Assembly (NCBI GenBank): GCA_051362555.1
Contig: CM120643.1
Coordinates: 24,308,848-24,372,847 of the forward strand
From: Lingula anatina
Lineage: Eukaryota; Animalia; Brachiopoda
Reading direction: 5' to 3'
DNA length: 64,000 nucleotides
In this document: positions 1 through 13,700 of the stretch, in pieces
How the letters are laid out: each line of letters starts with the position of its first letter
Position numbering within the stretch: the first letter of the stretch is position 1
Notes under the pieces: model-generated
What the model was told of the DNA's origin: nothing
Seen by the model: the letters and a program-made list of their open reading frames with translations, nothing else
Databases searched by the model: none
Translations under genes and position numbers: made by a program

Positions 1-40
1 TAACCAGAGTCTGTGATACGCTTACGATATTTAACCTTAC

Positions 41-160
41 CTTCTATTCTAGTTAAAGTTATATTTCCGTGGTTATCGCTGTGCCTAGCGTTTGAGTCTA
101 TGCAACTTCCTTTCAGTTTGCGAACATCCGCAGCCTTGGGTCTCTTGGTTTAAATAGCTG
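41..160 (-). other. Possible non-coding first exon of a minus-strand gene continuing off the left edge
   Basis: Strong minus-strand donor AAG|GTAAGG at 41/40, CpG-rich context and TATTTAAA near 150-157. No coding evidence within the window. Confidence 0.3.
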
Positions 161-433
161 TCGTAAAAATACAACTTGCACTTTTACCTCTTGACACAGG
201 AATGTTATTTGCAAGTAAAAACAGGCCACCTGTTTTAAAAGTACGTGAAGACTTATGCGATTGATTAATGCACGAAACAAAAAAGGGGAAATTAGCATGC
301 GCGAAAGTTTTCGATTCTTGATTTGGTATCACCGCGAATGAGAAATAATACTTTTTAAGGATATAGATTACGGTATAAAATCGAACAGACTGCTTTGGAT
401 GTGTGTGTATGCGGTTGTGCCCACGCACATGCT

Positions 434-467
<34 letters not shown>

Positions 468-2069
468 TGGGAAACCGTTAGCTGGAGATTAGAATTGCTC
501 TGACATGTACGTAATTAAGTTATACACCATTATTTATATAGTTAATATGGTTCTCTTTTCCCTATGATGTCGTAATGTGTTATACAGAGCTAGGCCTGAA
601 ACCACTAAAAAAAAAAAAAGAGCTCAGAGCTGCTAGTGTGGGTGAAGACTTCATAATATCATTACATCAGTCACTTTAAACTGAACTGGTCTTGGCTTAC
701 TCCATAAAGTAGACTGAACTAGTAGATTACACTGCCTCAGTTTGCGATGTTTCACACAGCTTATATAATGTTCTGTGCGGGTTGAAGACTGGTACACAGT
801 TGGGGTTGCACCAAACTACACCAAACTGACTAAAAGATCACCTTCAATTATTGTCCTACGGCTAAATGAGTTCCTGTGATGTTGATACATGTACTAATTA
901 AATCATTCTGATGACATTGCAGGCGTCGCCCTCTCACCACAATATTAATACCAATTATTGAACAAATTAGTATTGGTCTCTCTATCTCTGTCTCTCTCTC
1001 TCTCTGGCATCATCCGAAAACCGGGGTGGGACCAAGCTTGACCAGATGCTGAAAAAAGGCGCCTCCCCCTTCCCCAAAGGGCCGCATACAGGATATGACA
1101 CGAAAAAATACTAAGTGACTCGACACATTACAAGTACCAAGTGACTTTCATTCATCAACCGGAGGAGTAGCCAACAAAATATACGCCCTAGAGAAGACCA
1201 CTTTTTTTTACTGAGCCAGATTAAAAATAGCACGTACGACAAGTAGGGCCTAATAGGCAATGGATAATCTTTTATCATTTAGCGGACTTCATCAGCTTTC
1301 TCCAACAAGTAGTTTGAAATTTCACAGAAAAGAGGATTTTTTCACCAACGTTTTTTTTTTTCGTGAAAGAGGCCCTTGGCGAAGTATCTTAAGTCCCTGA
1401 CTTGCAGAAAATGCAATGTATACCGTGACACATGCAAGTTTTAACACATTTACACATATTCAGGTGCACACGCGTGCCACAACCCTGGTTTTTACTGCGA
1501 AGACAAGTGATAGCGTAACAGGAGATGTATGAATAAACGAACGAACGAATAAAGGTGTAGGGAAATTGAGCGTTAAGATAAGGCATGTTTATTGTGGATT
1601 TTTTCCATTATTTTATCTATTAAATTTTTTTATGTAGAGGGAGGGGGGTTGGAATGGAGAGAGGTTGGGAAATGGGGAACTTTATACCTGTTGACTTGCC
1701 TGTCACCGAGCATGAATCATAGCATACATATTAGTTGATTAATCTGTCTGGATTTCGTACTAAATATAATAAAGTGGCATTCAACGACTTTCCAAGCTGC
1801 TGTTTGCTACACGGGAGGAGAAACGAGACGCAATATTACATAAAACATGATGTAAGACTTGCAAGGGGCATTCGTGGCATTTTGACGGGTAAAACATTTA
1901 TGCCGTCATGGAGTGCGCACTAAGTTCCAAAGTCAAATATCACGAACAAATATACATTGAGCGGCAATATGCATCTCTTATTTGGTCACTGTGCATACTC
2001 ATCAGGGATAATACTTCACCTTCACATTGTTGGATTTTTTTTCCTGACAAAAAACAGGGAATTTCTTAA

Positions 2070-2390
2070 AGGGATAATAACTCTTCGTATGAGATCTATA
2101 CTTCACAATAAAAACATTGTGAATAACTCAAAGAAATATATTCTGTTTTACCACAAAAACGGCAGTTATAGCTATTATTCTGATAACTGAGCTGGTCTTT
2201 AGACCATGTGACATCCATTGATGGCTATAATCTCTTAAGAGATTTTAACAAAAAACCAAACTTTTTAGAAAAAAACAGGGACTAAATTTGAATGTAAAAA
2301 TGGATTCATTAACCATTGGTAAGTATGGGAAAATTGTTGTTTACTCCAGGAAAATTCATTTTTTGTCCAAAACGAAGAGTTATTATCCCT
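2070..2390. mobile_element. MITE with TTAA target-site duplication (Kolobok-like)
   Basis: TIR AGGGATAATAACTCTTCGT / ACGAAGAGTTATTATCCCT, flanked by TTAA at 2066-2069 and 2391-2394. Confidence 0.8.
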
Positions 2391-3215
2391 TTAAGAAAAT
2401 GGTGATAACAGAAAATAGATATAAATAGAACGGACCTCTTCACTGGTCCAACATAAAAAAAAAAGAATGACAGGCCCTTAGCTAATAACAGAGCAAAAAT
2501 CTGGGGGTACTAGAAGTTAGTTCCACTTGAGTTTTCAAAATGCCGTGTGTTTATTTGTCGCGATTTATGACCATATAAGCTTAATAGCTTTTTAAAGAAC
2601 AGACAAAATCGCTTTTCAAAGAACAGACAACAAGACATGAACCTAACTAGATTATACGTATTCAATATCCTGCGTGTTCATGATAGGGTCTTCTCTTTGG
2701 TTAAGACGCTCTGAAATAAACTGCAGACGTTTATTTCGAGCCACTGAATAAAAAATTTAAAGAGTATGGCTTAGTCACCCCCTCTTACCCTCACCCCCCC
2801 CCCCCCCAGCCCCCCTTACCTGCTTAGCTTGCTAACTGTCGATCATAAACAGCTATGTTCGGTCAGACCGCTTCCATCCACCCACGACCCTGCGGAACAG
2901 ACTACTACAGGATATATAGTCCAGCAAAAAATGACCTTTAGAAACTTTATTCATAGCTCTTTTCACACTGTCAAACTATTCTTAGGCGAACAAAGTCAGG
3001 TCAGCGTATACTAGGGTAGCTAAGACGCTGGTTTGATCTTCCTAGTTCAGGGACTTTATATGCAAAAAAGTACTTACCCCGGTACTTGAAGAGGATTAAC
3101 ATTTTGTTAAATCGGTGAATTTTAAGTTTTGGTCTTTTACCCCCGTCTTTCTGACCAATGGTATATATGGGACTGCTTTCTCATTCTGAATCCCTCTTGG
3201 TGTTTTTTATACGAG

Positions 3216-3251
<36 letters not shown>

Positions 3252-4782
3252 TATTGGTAAAATTCCAAGGGGAATTTTCATTTCTGACAATAACTTTCTA
3301 GTGTGTATATATACATATATAGCACGACGTCACATGCAAACCGATTCCCAAATGCGTGCCGTTCATCACACCGAGATCCACTTATCAATTACAATGTCTC
3401 TATTTGCGGTATCTTAGGTAGTTAATCTACAACCAAGGAGTCTGTTATAACTCCTTGCTACAACGAACGTTGTATAGTGCGCACCTGGGATATAAAGTGA
3501 ACAAAACACAAAGTATTATCTTATTTTTCTATTCAAAACCCAACTCTGCTGCGGTTCATGAGGTATTTTTTAAATAAATCATAACCATGCCTTCAAATTA
3601 CGATAAAATAACGAAGTTACCCAAAGACGAGTCCTTAAAGGCAACAATCCAATTTTTCTGACGACCGTCTCAGGTGGATGAAGCTCTGAGATAGCGTCAC
3701 TAGTACCCCCCCCCCCCCCCCGCCCCACATACTGCCCCTACTGTTCAAGTTCTGACCAATGTGGCTCGGCTGCATTGCCAACCCCTACAACTTCGGCGTC
3801 ATGTTGTGTATATATATAGACGAAACTTAATTCTTTATTGTGCATAAAACGGCTATTTATCCATTAATCATTAGTAGCCAGCTGTCACCGTGTTAAAAAC
3901 GTTTGCCGTTTCGAAGATAATGCTTTGAGCTATAAAAAATACGATAGGTCTACTCAAGTATCCTTTCATTTGTTGAATTAAAGAATAAAAGGCATGAATG
4001 ATTAAAGTAAAATGACCCAATCGTTATGGATCACGGAATTTGAATACCAACAGAGATGAAGTGCACGAGAGTTCAACCCAAGACATAGGGATTATATGGT
4101 CGATTGCAGTTTTAAAGACGGCGACAGTTAGTTGGCCGATAAGAGTAGTGGTGAAACCACTGCAACACCTTCGTCCGTTCGGAAAACGAAGCCAACAGAC
4201 CCCACTCTTCATTTTGTTTGCATTTGACGATTGTGCAAGCACGAAAAAATGATTATGATAATAAATAAAATAAAGTAAAACACAATTACAGACAGAATTA
4301 AGATAATCAATAATCATTCTATTAATTTCTTTCTTTGTCAGTCATGCTATCATTTTTAAGTTCGTGGCTCAGAATATGTACACAGCATGAAGCATTTTTC
4401 TCTTTAACTTAAAGTGACCTATTTATAGGGTGTATTGATATTTTCTTTTAGAACAGCATTTCCAATCTTGTAAAAATGACAGAAAACCCCTCTATTATTA
4501 ATGATGGTGAAAATGCAATCAAATTTCTGTAAGAATGTGCATGACATCTGAATCACTTGTACAATTTTTATTTCAAGTGCAACCTTCGAGGGGTTTCATG
4601 AAATATTCTGTTTGGCCATCATTAATTTCTCATAAAAATTATACAAAATACCTAATATAAAAGACCCATGGAAATACAGTCAAATTTCCATCATTTCAAA
4701 CCACACCTCTCAACAACGCACAGCACCACATCATTTCAAAGTCGACATGTTAACTTACTACTGGCAATGATCTCTTATCAAC

Positions 4783-5028
4783 GGGGTCTGGCTTCACAAC
4801 AAAACTTTCGTCTGAAAATTGGGGTGATCTTTTAGACACAAAAATTTGGTTTTTATTTCTGTTTAATGTACGTCCAATGTAGTCCACACAAGTTTAGGTT
4901 TGGTTTTAACAGAAGCAATATCTTTATTTTTTTATATCGACTTATCTTGGGCCAAAGTTAACAAAGGTGTGATCTATAAGTTTAGACCAATTTTCAGCTG
5001 TAAGTTTTTTTTATGCAAAACATGACCC
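4783..5028. mobile_element. Degenerate palindromic MITE
   Basis: GGGTCTGGCTTCACAACAAAACTTTCGTCTGAAAATTGG mirrored by CCAATTTTCAGCTGTAAGTTTTTTTTATGCAAAACATGACCC. Confidence 0.5.
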
Positions 5029-5196
5029 TAAGTTTTATCAGTTGCACAGCTTTCATCATTTGGACCAATATTTATACAATGTTAATAACAAAGCATGCTA
5101 CATACGCACCCTATGACATATATTGTGTATGTCACTAAAAAAAGAATATTAATGACAGCTGTAAACGATATTCAAATTATATTACTGGTGGGTCAT

Positions 5197-5422
5197 TCCA
5201 CAAAAAAAAAAAAAAAAAAAAAAAAAAATCCGAGTCACATCAGTGACACAAATTTCGTGTAATATTTGCATAATTTTGACATGCCAATTTTTTTCTCCAT
5301 TTCCTACTAGTATAGTACGCTTCAATGTGGAAAGAAATCAACAGTAATTCAAAAGTGACAAAACAAATATTACACACAATGTGTGTGTCACTAATATGAC
5401 TGAAATCTTCATTTTTTGTGAA
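5197..5422. mobile_element. Degenerate inverted-repeat element (MITE-like)
   Basis: AGTCACATCAGTGACACAAATTTCGTGTAATATTTG mirrored by CAAATATTACACACAATGTGTGTGTCACTAATATGACT. Confidence 0.5.
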
Positions 5423-5749
5423 AGTTCTGGTAAGAGCATTACTATATTTTGCAATTAAATGATGACCATTCTATACATAATGCATCTTAATTATACATAT
5501 CTTACTGTTCCTTTGAAGTGTACAAAAATCTTTCCAAATGGCAAAAATAGCTCCTCTCTGCTTAAAAAAACTAAAATTTGTTGAGTTTTTATCATCAGTT
5601 TATCAGGCATGCGAAAAAAAAAAATGACAGAGTTCTTTGATTCTAAAATTCAAGGTAGAGTTACTAGTTACCCCATATAATGGTTACCCACATCATTTGA
5701 TCTCTCATTTATGAATGAGTGTAACTTAAGAGGGAACCTTAAAAATTAA

Positions 5750-6113
5750 AGGCATACTATGAAGATCAGGCCTGTGGAAAAAAAATGAATGTTTTCCTGG
5801 AGATTCCAACAGTTTTCCATTAATCACCAAGATATATCACATCCATGTCTGTTGATAAAATTGGAATCTATAAACACGTTTTGTCTGTTAAAAGTTTACA
5901 ATTTTTGGGCAATTCATACTATATGGAGGTACAGACATTCACTTATAACTGTAAAAACTGCAATATAGAACATGAAATCAGAATACACTACATAGTTTTC
6001 TCAGCAGTTTTAGTTTATTTGGATTAAATATACTTTGGTGATTAAAAAAATGCTGAAATTCTAAGAAAATATTTTTCTTGTTACAAAAAGGTCTTATGTC
6101 ACACAGCATGCCT
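5750..6113. mobile_element. MITE with TTAA target-site duplication (Kolobok-like)
   Basis: TTAA-AGGCATACTATG... / ...CACAGCATGCCT-TTAA; imperfect TIRs. Confidence 0.65.
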
Positions 6114-7099
6114 TTAACTTGATAAGGTATTCTCCATGGCAGTGTTGAATTACATATTAAACTGTTTTAATTACAGCTGTACTTTTCTTGGTATTACACC
6201 AAGAATCATTTGGTTAAAGAGAGGAAACAGGTATCAAATAGCAACAATAAAACCTGCTTATTATCACTGGTACCAGACCGACTTCTCAGGCAAAAAAATT
6301 CAATGTGTAAAAATATCTGAAATATGTGAAACTTGATACCTAAGGACTGAAAACTTCAGAACTGTCTCATGTAGCAGATATTGGTATTATCTCCATGACG
6401 ACAGTTTCCAGGATACAAGAAAGCAGGACTTTAGAAAGACAACCCTCTATCCATATATTGGGCTTCCTCTTTCTGCTTTGGGAAGCCATTTCTTATATTT
6501 TTACTTTTGAAGCATGTGCTGGGGTGACCACCTCTCTCAGTTTAAAAAAATTCATCTGCAGTACCTGAATTCTTCAAAATCTTGGTTAAATCCTTATCAG
6601 AAAGAGGAGTAAATCAGGCTCCACTATCTGGCTGAAATAATTATTCAATATCTGGGCCATTTGTTTGAGAAAAAGGACCTTCTGAGCCCAGAGAAGGACA
6701 TATCTCCCTAATGTGCACAGTGGGGAAAGTATGGGAGGGTGTTTGGCAGGTGGCCTAATTTACCATTTTATAAGGGGAGGGGTGGGGCTAGAGGCAATTC
6801 CTCCATGATTTCCATAATTTCTCACTATCTCTATCAATTTCATTCAACATTCCCAGTGAATACAACATTTTCAGGCTGTTCTCAGGTGTGCAAGGACAAC
6901 ATCACACCTGTATGAGCTATATAAGGTGCACAAATATCACCATACCTTGTGAGGTAAAAACTGGACAAGTAAGTAGCAGTTGTGAAGTGACTGACTGACC
7001 TCTACATATTCAATGCCATTAATGTCACCACAAACACTTAACAGTTTTTTAAATGGTTGTGGGTATATGGGTATACAATATACAAATCTAGAGTTAAAA

Positions 7100-7133
<34 letters not shown>

Positions 7134-7321
7134 TAGTCTCATTTTCAGCATATATTTGCCAATGGCTTCTAGGCCATATATGGATAAGAGCAAAAGACAA
7201 CTATCTTGGTTTTATATGCTAAGATATAAAATTGTTGTCACTCTATGATTTTCTCCTGTTGTTCTCCTGATGGTATGTCAGAAAGAAATGAGGGGAGAGA
7301 GGAAGGAGGTGGGAGTTCCAG

Positions 7322-7458
7322 GGCCCTGTAACTCGAAAGCATCGCGTATTGCTACCAAGCGCAAGCGTCTCGATTCCACAACTCGCCCCTTATAATACAC
7401 TGTAGCCTCTATGTGATATCGCTATTCGCAATACGCGATGCTTTCGAGTTATGGGGCC
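7322..7458. mobile_element. Harbinger-like palindromic MITE with CAG target-site duplication
   Basis: ~31-bp TIR GGCCCTGTAACTCGAAAGCATCGCGTATTGC / GCAATACGCGATGCTTTCGAGTTATGGGGCC, with CAG on both sides (7319-7321, 7459-7461). Confidence 0.8.
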
Positions 7459-7733
7459 CAGGTCAGCATATGGCAATTCTCAATACTGGCAAGAACCATC
7501 AACAGCCTTGGTTCCACCTATCTAAAAATAGAGTACTTTACAGCATCTTATCATTACAAAGTTCACAGTTTGACACTCTTCATTTTATACTTTTGAGTAC
7601 GTGAACCAGAAATTAGATTTACTCATACCATATAAAACAAGCATTAAAAATTCTATATATGTTCCAGATCTATTACGTTCAGCCAACCAGTGCCAGCTTT
7701 AAACCTCCATCCTATAATTTGTCAACCTGGCAG

Positions 7734-10700
7734 TCAATAGCCAATGAAGTATCTGTAGAGGAGGTATCCCCCTGCAAGGGCCACTAGGCCAATACATATG
7801 GGTTTGAGCCAAGATCTCCTCTGTTTTCTGAGTTCGTGTTCTCGCTGCTTCCTTTTCATGCGCTCTATCTGGTCTGCAGTGCTTTTCAGTCTTTCTTCTC
7901 TCTTTCTGCGTCTGATCTCTGCAGGAGCATCTCTGCAAGAATGGAACATCATGATTTATGGTTCCGTGTGCTTCATAGAAAGGGAACTTGCCGTTTTATG
8001 AATTGTGGTAGTTGAGAATCCCTCATAATTTATCATTGCATTAGATGTACCTATGGTTGTGTTATGTTATTGTGATTGTGTAATACATCTCTGTAGGTAA
8101 CAGGTGACAAACAGGTAATACATATGTCATTAAAACCCTGTGGGATCCGACTCCTTTTCCATCCATGTATTATTCAAATAATTAACACATTTTTCTTTCT
8201 TACAAAAAATCAAGCCAAATGTCATACAAACCCTGTGGGATCGGACTTCTTTTCCATCCCAGTATTCTGAAAATGTTCGTCTTCTTTCTCATTGGATGGT
8301 GAACTGACAGCATTGGCCTCTTCAACAGGGCGTATTCTGCGCGGCGGGAGTGGCGGAGGCTCGTCATCACTGTCGCTGTCTTCCCAGCCTTGGTCTGCTA
8401 TCAGTCCTTCTGAGTGGTAGCTGCCGTTCAGGGTTATATCCTACAAAGGATCATCAAAGGATAATCTAAATATAAGATATTAAGTAATATGGTTCAATAG
8501 GTAACACTCGGGAATAATCTGCTCTTTTTCATTTTTAACACTATGCATGTTGAAAAAATATTAAGGACTTCCAATTAGAATTTTTGTCTGTTATCCTTAC
8601 TTTTGTAATTTACATTTTGTACATTTTTTCATTCATGATGCTTATGGCAATCGAATTTAAAAAAGTTATTATCTATAATATTTCCCATTTATAATAAAGG
8701 GTTTATTTTATGTATGATTAATCTTTCTGTCAATCTTTCTAAGGAGGCCATTTCTTTTCAACTCCAAAACATTTCAAGCAAAATTTGATGTAAAAATGTC
8801 TTTATTACATGTTTTTCCCTTTGTTAAATTTGACAATTAAAAGACAGATATTTTTAAAACAGATAATTTTTACATACTATAATAATCATGTATATAAAAA
8901 ATAACATGCAACCATGAATAACAAACTAAAATAAACTCACATTCATAATGCATAAAAAACTCATGCAATGATTTTTTTAAAGAGCACATGCAAAAAATTC
9001 CAAAATACCTTCAGATATCTTCGTTAAGCTGTTGCATACCATATTTCAAAGTTCAATTAACAAAACATGCATGCTATTTCATTACAATATATATAACAAT
9101 GGGCAACATCCACTCTATCTCTTAAAAGAGTGTGATGTCACTAGACAATTCAAACTACTGACGTTCAGATGAGGATTTCTATAAAACAGATTTTGATAAA
9201 TGTCTGGATAACAAAAATAAGATACTTAATTGAAGCAAGAAGTAAACTTAACACAAATACCCCACTATACAATTTATGTAAGTCAAAATAAGTTTGTAGG
9301 GCCTGTAGTATCTATACTGTTAGACAGTTCATTTTTATAGACCCAAGGGTTCTCTTTAATATTTGATGATCATTTTGTCCAACATCACTGGACACTTGTT
9401 ACACATCTATGACAGATTATTCATGCCCAGAATATGCAAGAGAGAGTTGGATATCCCCATTTAAGGAAAAAACAGGTCATAACAACCAGTAGGCTCAGTC
9501 ATTATCCCTTCACTTCCACCTGAGCCTCGGTGGTAATCAAGTCGGCAGAGAGGCTAGACAAGACATTCATCAATTTAGGTTTTCTATGGATTTACACAAA
9601 TGGAACTTTCTTTCAATAATAATAATAGAAAGACAGCAAAGCTGTCAAATGTACAGACATAAAGCAGAAATAAAGATGCACAAAATAAGTTAATTTGCTA
9701 ATTTTAATGTAATATTACACAATGCACCACAGCATAATCAACACCAATTTTTTCATTATACGCTGCAGATAACATGGACATAAAGGATATGTAAATAGCA
9801 AAGGGCTTCAGGCCCTTGGGATTTACACACTGAAATTGCCAATGAATATGAAAATTTCACAAAAATAAAATGAAAAAATAAATAAATAAAGTAAATTAAA
9901 ATACATAAAATAAAAAATCATAATCCCGAGAAAAAAGAATCTTATCAGGCTGGTTTTCTAACTCAAGCTGTATAAGTCTTAACAATCTTTTTTTTTTTTT
10001 AATTTGAAGATAGTAAGTAACGCAGTTTTCCCTTCATACTGTTTGCAGTGGCAGTGCACAAAATAGGGTTTCACCAATGAATGTATGTGCAATATTACAT
10101 TATGTTAAACAAAACTGTCACCACCAATTTTTAATTTTATACCACAGGTAATAAGGATATGCAGAAAATGTTACTAGCAGAGGGCTTCAGGTCTTTGGGA
10201 TTTGTATGCCATACAGTGAAAATGCTAATATTTGAAAAATTGAAAATTTCACAAAAATACTGCATTTATTTAATTTGGGGAAAAATCTAATAAGGCTGGC
10301 ATTTGGATTTAATCAATCTGGATCTAAGTGACAAAAATCACTCCAGTAAGTTTGATGTAATTAAATCATGTTTTTTTTTCCATAAATTGTATTAACATTG
10401 AAAATTGCACGGCGACAAAGACTCGGACAACAATACAGGCATAAGTAATATATACAGACACACTTTGTCTGCATAACAGGAAAAAAAAAAAAGTTTCATA
10501 ACTCATGTTTCCACTTTTCATAACTTCCAAGTTTCCACTTAACAATCATATGCTAATTCTGCAGAAACCAGGATATCCCTTTTTGATTAGGAATTTAACA
10601 CCTATGAAAATCAATCGTTGTACAATTAAGTCATTAACGGTTGCAGATTTTGGCACTTCACAGTTATAATAGTACTACAACAGTTACTAATGAAACCAGT

Positions 10701-13700
10701 TACTAATGAAACGTTCAACACACAAGAAAAAGGAAACGGCAATTACAATAAAGTAGCTAGTGACAAACAGTCTTTAGATTTAAAACTCTGAGCACAGTGG
10801 AAAACAATTGTTACAGGTATGCAAAGTCTATATATTTAACCTCTTTTCATACATCAAAAGCAATAAGGCTGCCTGGTCTAATTATTGAGCAACTGTTTAC
10901 AAGTTTCTGAAAACATTTTTGAGTAGACATAATAAACAACAGATCATTACAATCTGAGAAGTATATTATGCCCACACTGCCTTAAGATCTTGGCAAAATG
11001 AAATTCTTCAGTGCATACTTAAAGGCCCAGAGTTTCAAATCTGACTGTTCTAGCACACCCAAGGGCATTGGTGAATTATTTAATTTCCATGGTGACCATA
11101 AGAACAAAAACCACCACCATAGCAACCATCACCACCACCACCAACACCATCATGTAGCTAAGCAACCTTGTTTAAAAAAAAAAAAAATGTACACCAAATA
11201 GACACAGAAGCCAGATCACAACATTTATCATCAGCTTCCAGGCTGTTACCTCTTTAAGTTGTGCAGACAGACTGCTGTGCCGCCTGGGAGGGGCTGGCGG
11301 AGTGTCATCGTCAGATACGGAACCCTGACTCAGCTCTGCAAACTGCAGGACAAATCATAAAGGCCATCATGCTGTGACATGCAGTAATGTTGGATGAGGG
11401 ATTAGTGAAGGACTAAGAGGAAGCAATGGCAGTAACTCGCAGATTTGAAATTATTATTATTATTTTTGCAAAATATTTTATTATTTGGATATTTACCAGA
11501 AAACAAATCTGCCTTGAATCCCACTTGTTTAGAGATGAGCAATTGTACAGAAAATGTTATTTTGAGAAATCTTACAAAACTGACATTGCTTGAATTTCGT
11601 GAGAGATCATGTTTACTTATTAAAATATTTAAAATAACCTTAATGTAAATACTTGCAAAATAGTTCACTAACCAAAATTGAAATCAAGTAAATGGCCAGA
11701 ATAAATTTCTGAGCTTTTGTAGATGCTATTTTTATAACCTTCATTAATGGGATTTTCAAGTACTAACTGAACAGGTATACTACACCCGTCTAGTCTAATA
11801 TGGCCTTCAGACATAGCTTTTTTATTTTTCCTTTTTCTTTTGCAAAAGTTTAATTATGGACTGTGGTCGAAACAGATTAAATTTAACAATGCACCAGTGC
11901 AGTTTTCTTCCTCAGTGAATACAGCCATCAAGGTGATAGATTATCAACAGCATATGTAATCAAAATATAAAGAGATGCGATAATAAATAATATTACTTAA
12001 ACAAGATTATTGGCGACCAAAAAGTCTGAAATCCGCCAACGGTCAGAAAAATCTCATCCCTGAATATGGATAGTAAAAACTGAAGCTTACAGTAGATGAG
12101 TCATATTAGGCAAGCATTTGACAGGTGACTGCTGTATGAAGCAAAATGCAATCAAGGCTATTACAAGCAAAATAAGCTTATAAAAAGGACTGATTGTTGT
12201 AAACAGAGGATGGGTATTACTCTTTAAAAAATGCATGTGTAAGGTGAAATGTAATGCTTACACAATGAAACAGAAAATAAATTAAAAATGGAAAGATTTA
12301 ATCATCTGCACGATGAAGATCCATGTACTACTATTTTTAACCCTATCCCCTTTCAATCTGCCTTAAAATGCTTTGATCACAACAACACATAATAATGCAC
12401 GTTCTTCCACTCAAACATTTTTCCTGCTTTTTAAAGGTTTTTCCTTCTCTTCCAAGTATTAATCATCACTCTCCTTTCATGTATTGTTCAGACAATTCAC
12501 GTAACTCTAAATTCTAAGAGAACTGCTTCAAGGAATTGAAAATCATCAGATTACCTGAAAAAATCATTGCTGTCACATATTCTAGGAAAACTAATATTGT
12601 CATTTCTTATCACACGTAAAAAGGTGGTCACGCACAAAGAGCTGAAGTGGCTTAATCAATACCCTGCTCTGCCTGCAGGAAAATATTTTCTTGAACAAAA
12701 ATTTGTGAATTTCCTTTTAAAGATGAAATGTAGGAAAATTTCTCTTTAGAAATCACCTTATTTATCACGTATATTTAACCAGCAAGGAGTTATAAAACAA
12801 ATAATAAATATTTCTCTCAATACATCAGTGTTAAGCTGTGTCTTTCCTTGTAAGATGACATCATACTTCAGGTAAGAATGGTAATGACTCAGAATTTTCA
12901 AACACCAGCGTACTGAAAAAACATGATTCCCCTCGCCTCCAGGAAATAACCATATCAAGTTACTTATAAAAACATAATTTCTCACCCAACTTTTAATGCA
13001 AAACTTTCTACTTATTTTTAGTATCACTAAAAAAAGAACCTGTTACTAAAAAATGTGACCATGATTTTTTTTTGTTGTTGTTGTTTACCAAGAAATAATT
13101 GTGCAATGCTACCATTTAAAACCACAAGAGCCAATGTCACATTTGAATTTTTGATGATGTTTTCATGGTATTAACCTGGATATTTCCAAGGCAAACTCTA
13201 TATTTTCTCCTTAATTCATAAACCAAGGGCACAGTTTACACTAAACAGGTGTGTGTGTGTGCGTGCATGAATGATTCAGGCAAGTATATCAATGGCACAG
13301 AGGTGAAGGCAAACCTATAAAAATAACTGGGAAATGTCAGAGCCCAAGGCAGGCTGCTCTATGTGGGACTTCAGGGGACATTTATGCAACACCCACGTAT
13401 CCGGACTTCTGGATAAATCAGGAAAACTTCATTTCTAAAGGCACGCGATGCAAATTCCCAAAACCAAGCTCACTCCAAGCTCTTAAAGCTCATGACTCAT
13501 AGTTTTTTTCTAGAACTCACACCAGTATATTCTAGCCTTCTAGGCCATTTTTCTTGGGTTATAAGATGATCAATTATTGGTGACTTGTATAGTCAAGTTG
13601 ACGAAATAAGTTAATGTAAGCACTAACACTAAATGATGAAATCAAATATTGAATCAAAATGTAAACTTCTCATTCTTTTTGGATACAAAATATAATTTTT

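Noticed and set aside
500-4400. Short ORFs in the left intergenic region
   Set aside because: No domain motifs or consistent exon chain; the region holds microsatellites, poly-C/poly-T runs and a MITE.
9462-9553. Possible alternative PTPN1/2 exon (TTGTCTAG|CCTCTCTGCCGA...CAG|GTGGAA)
   Set aside because: As a cassette it is 34 nt and shifts the frame; as a terminal exon it gives an unrecognisable 30-aa tail. There is no support without transcripts.
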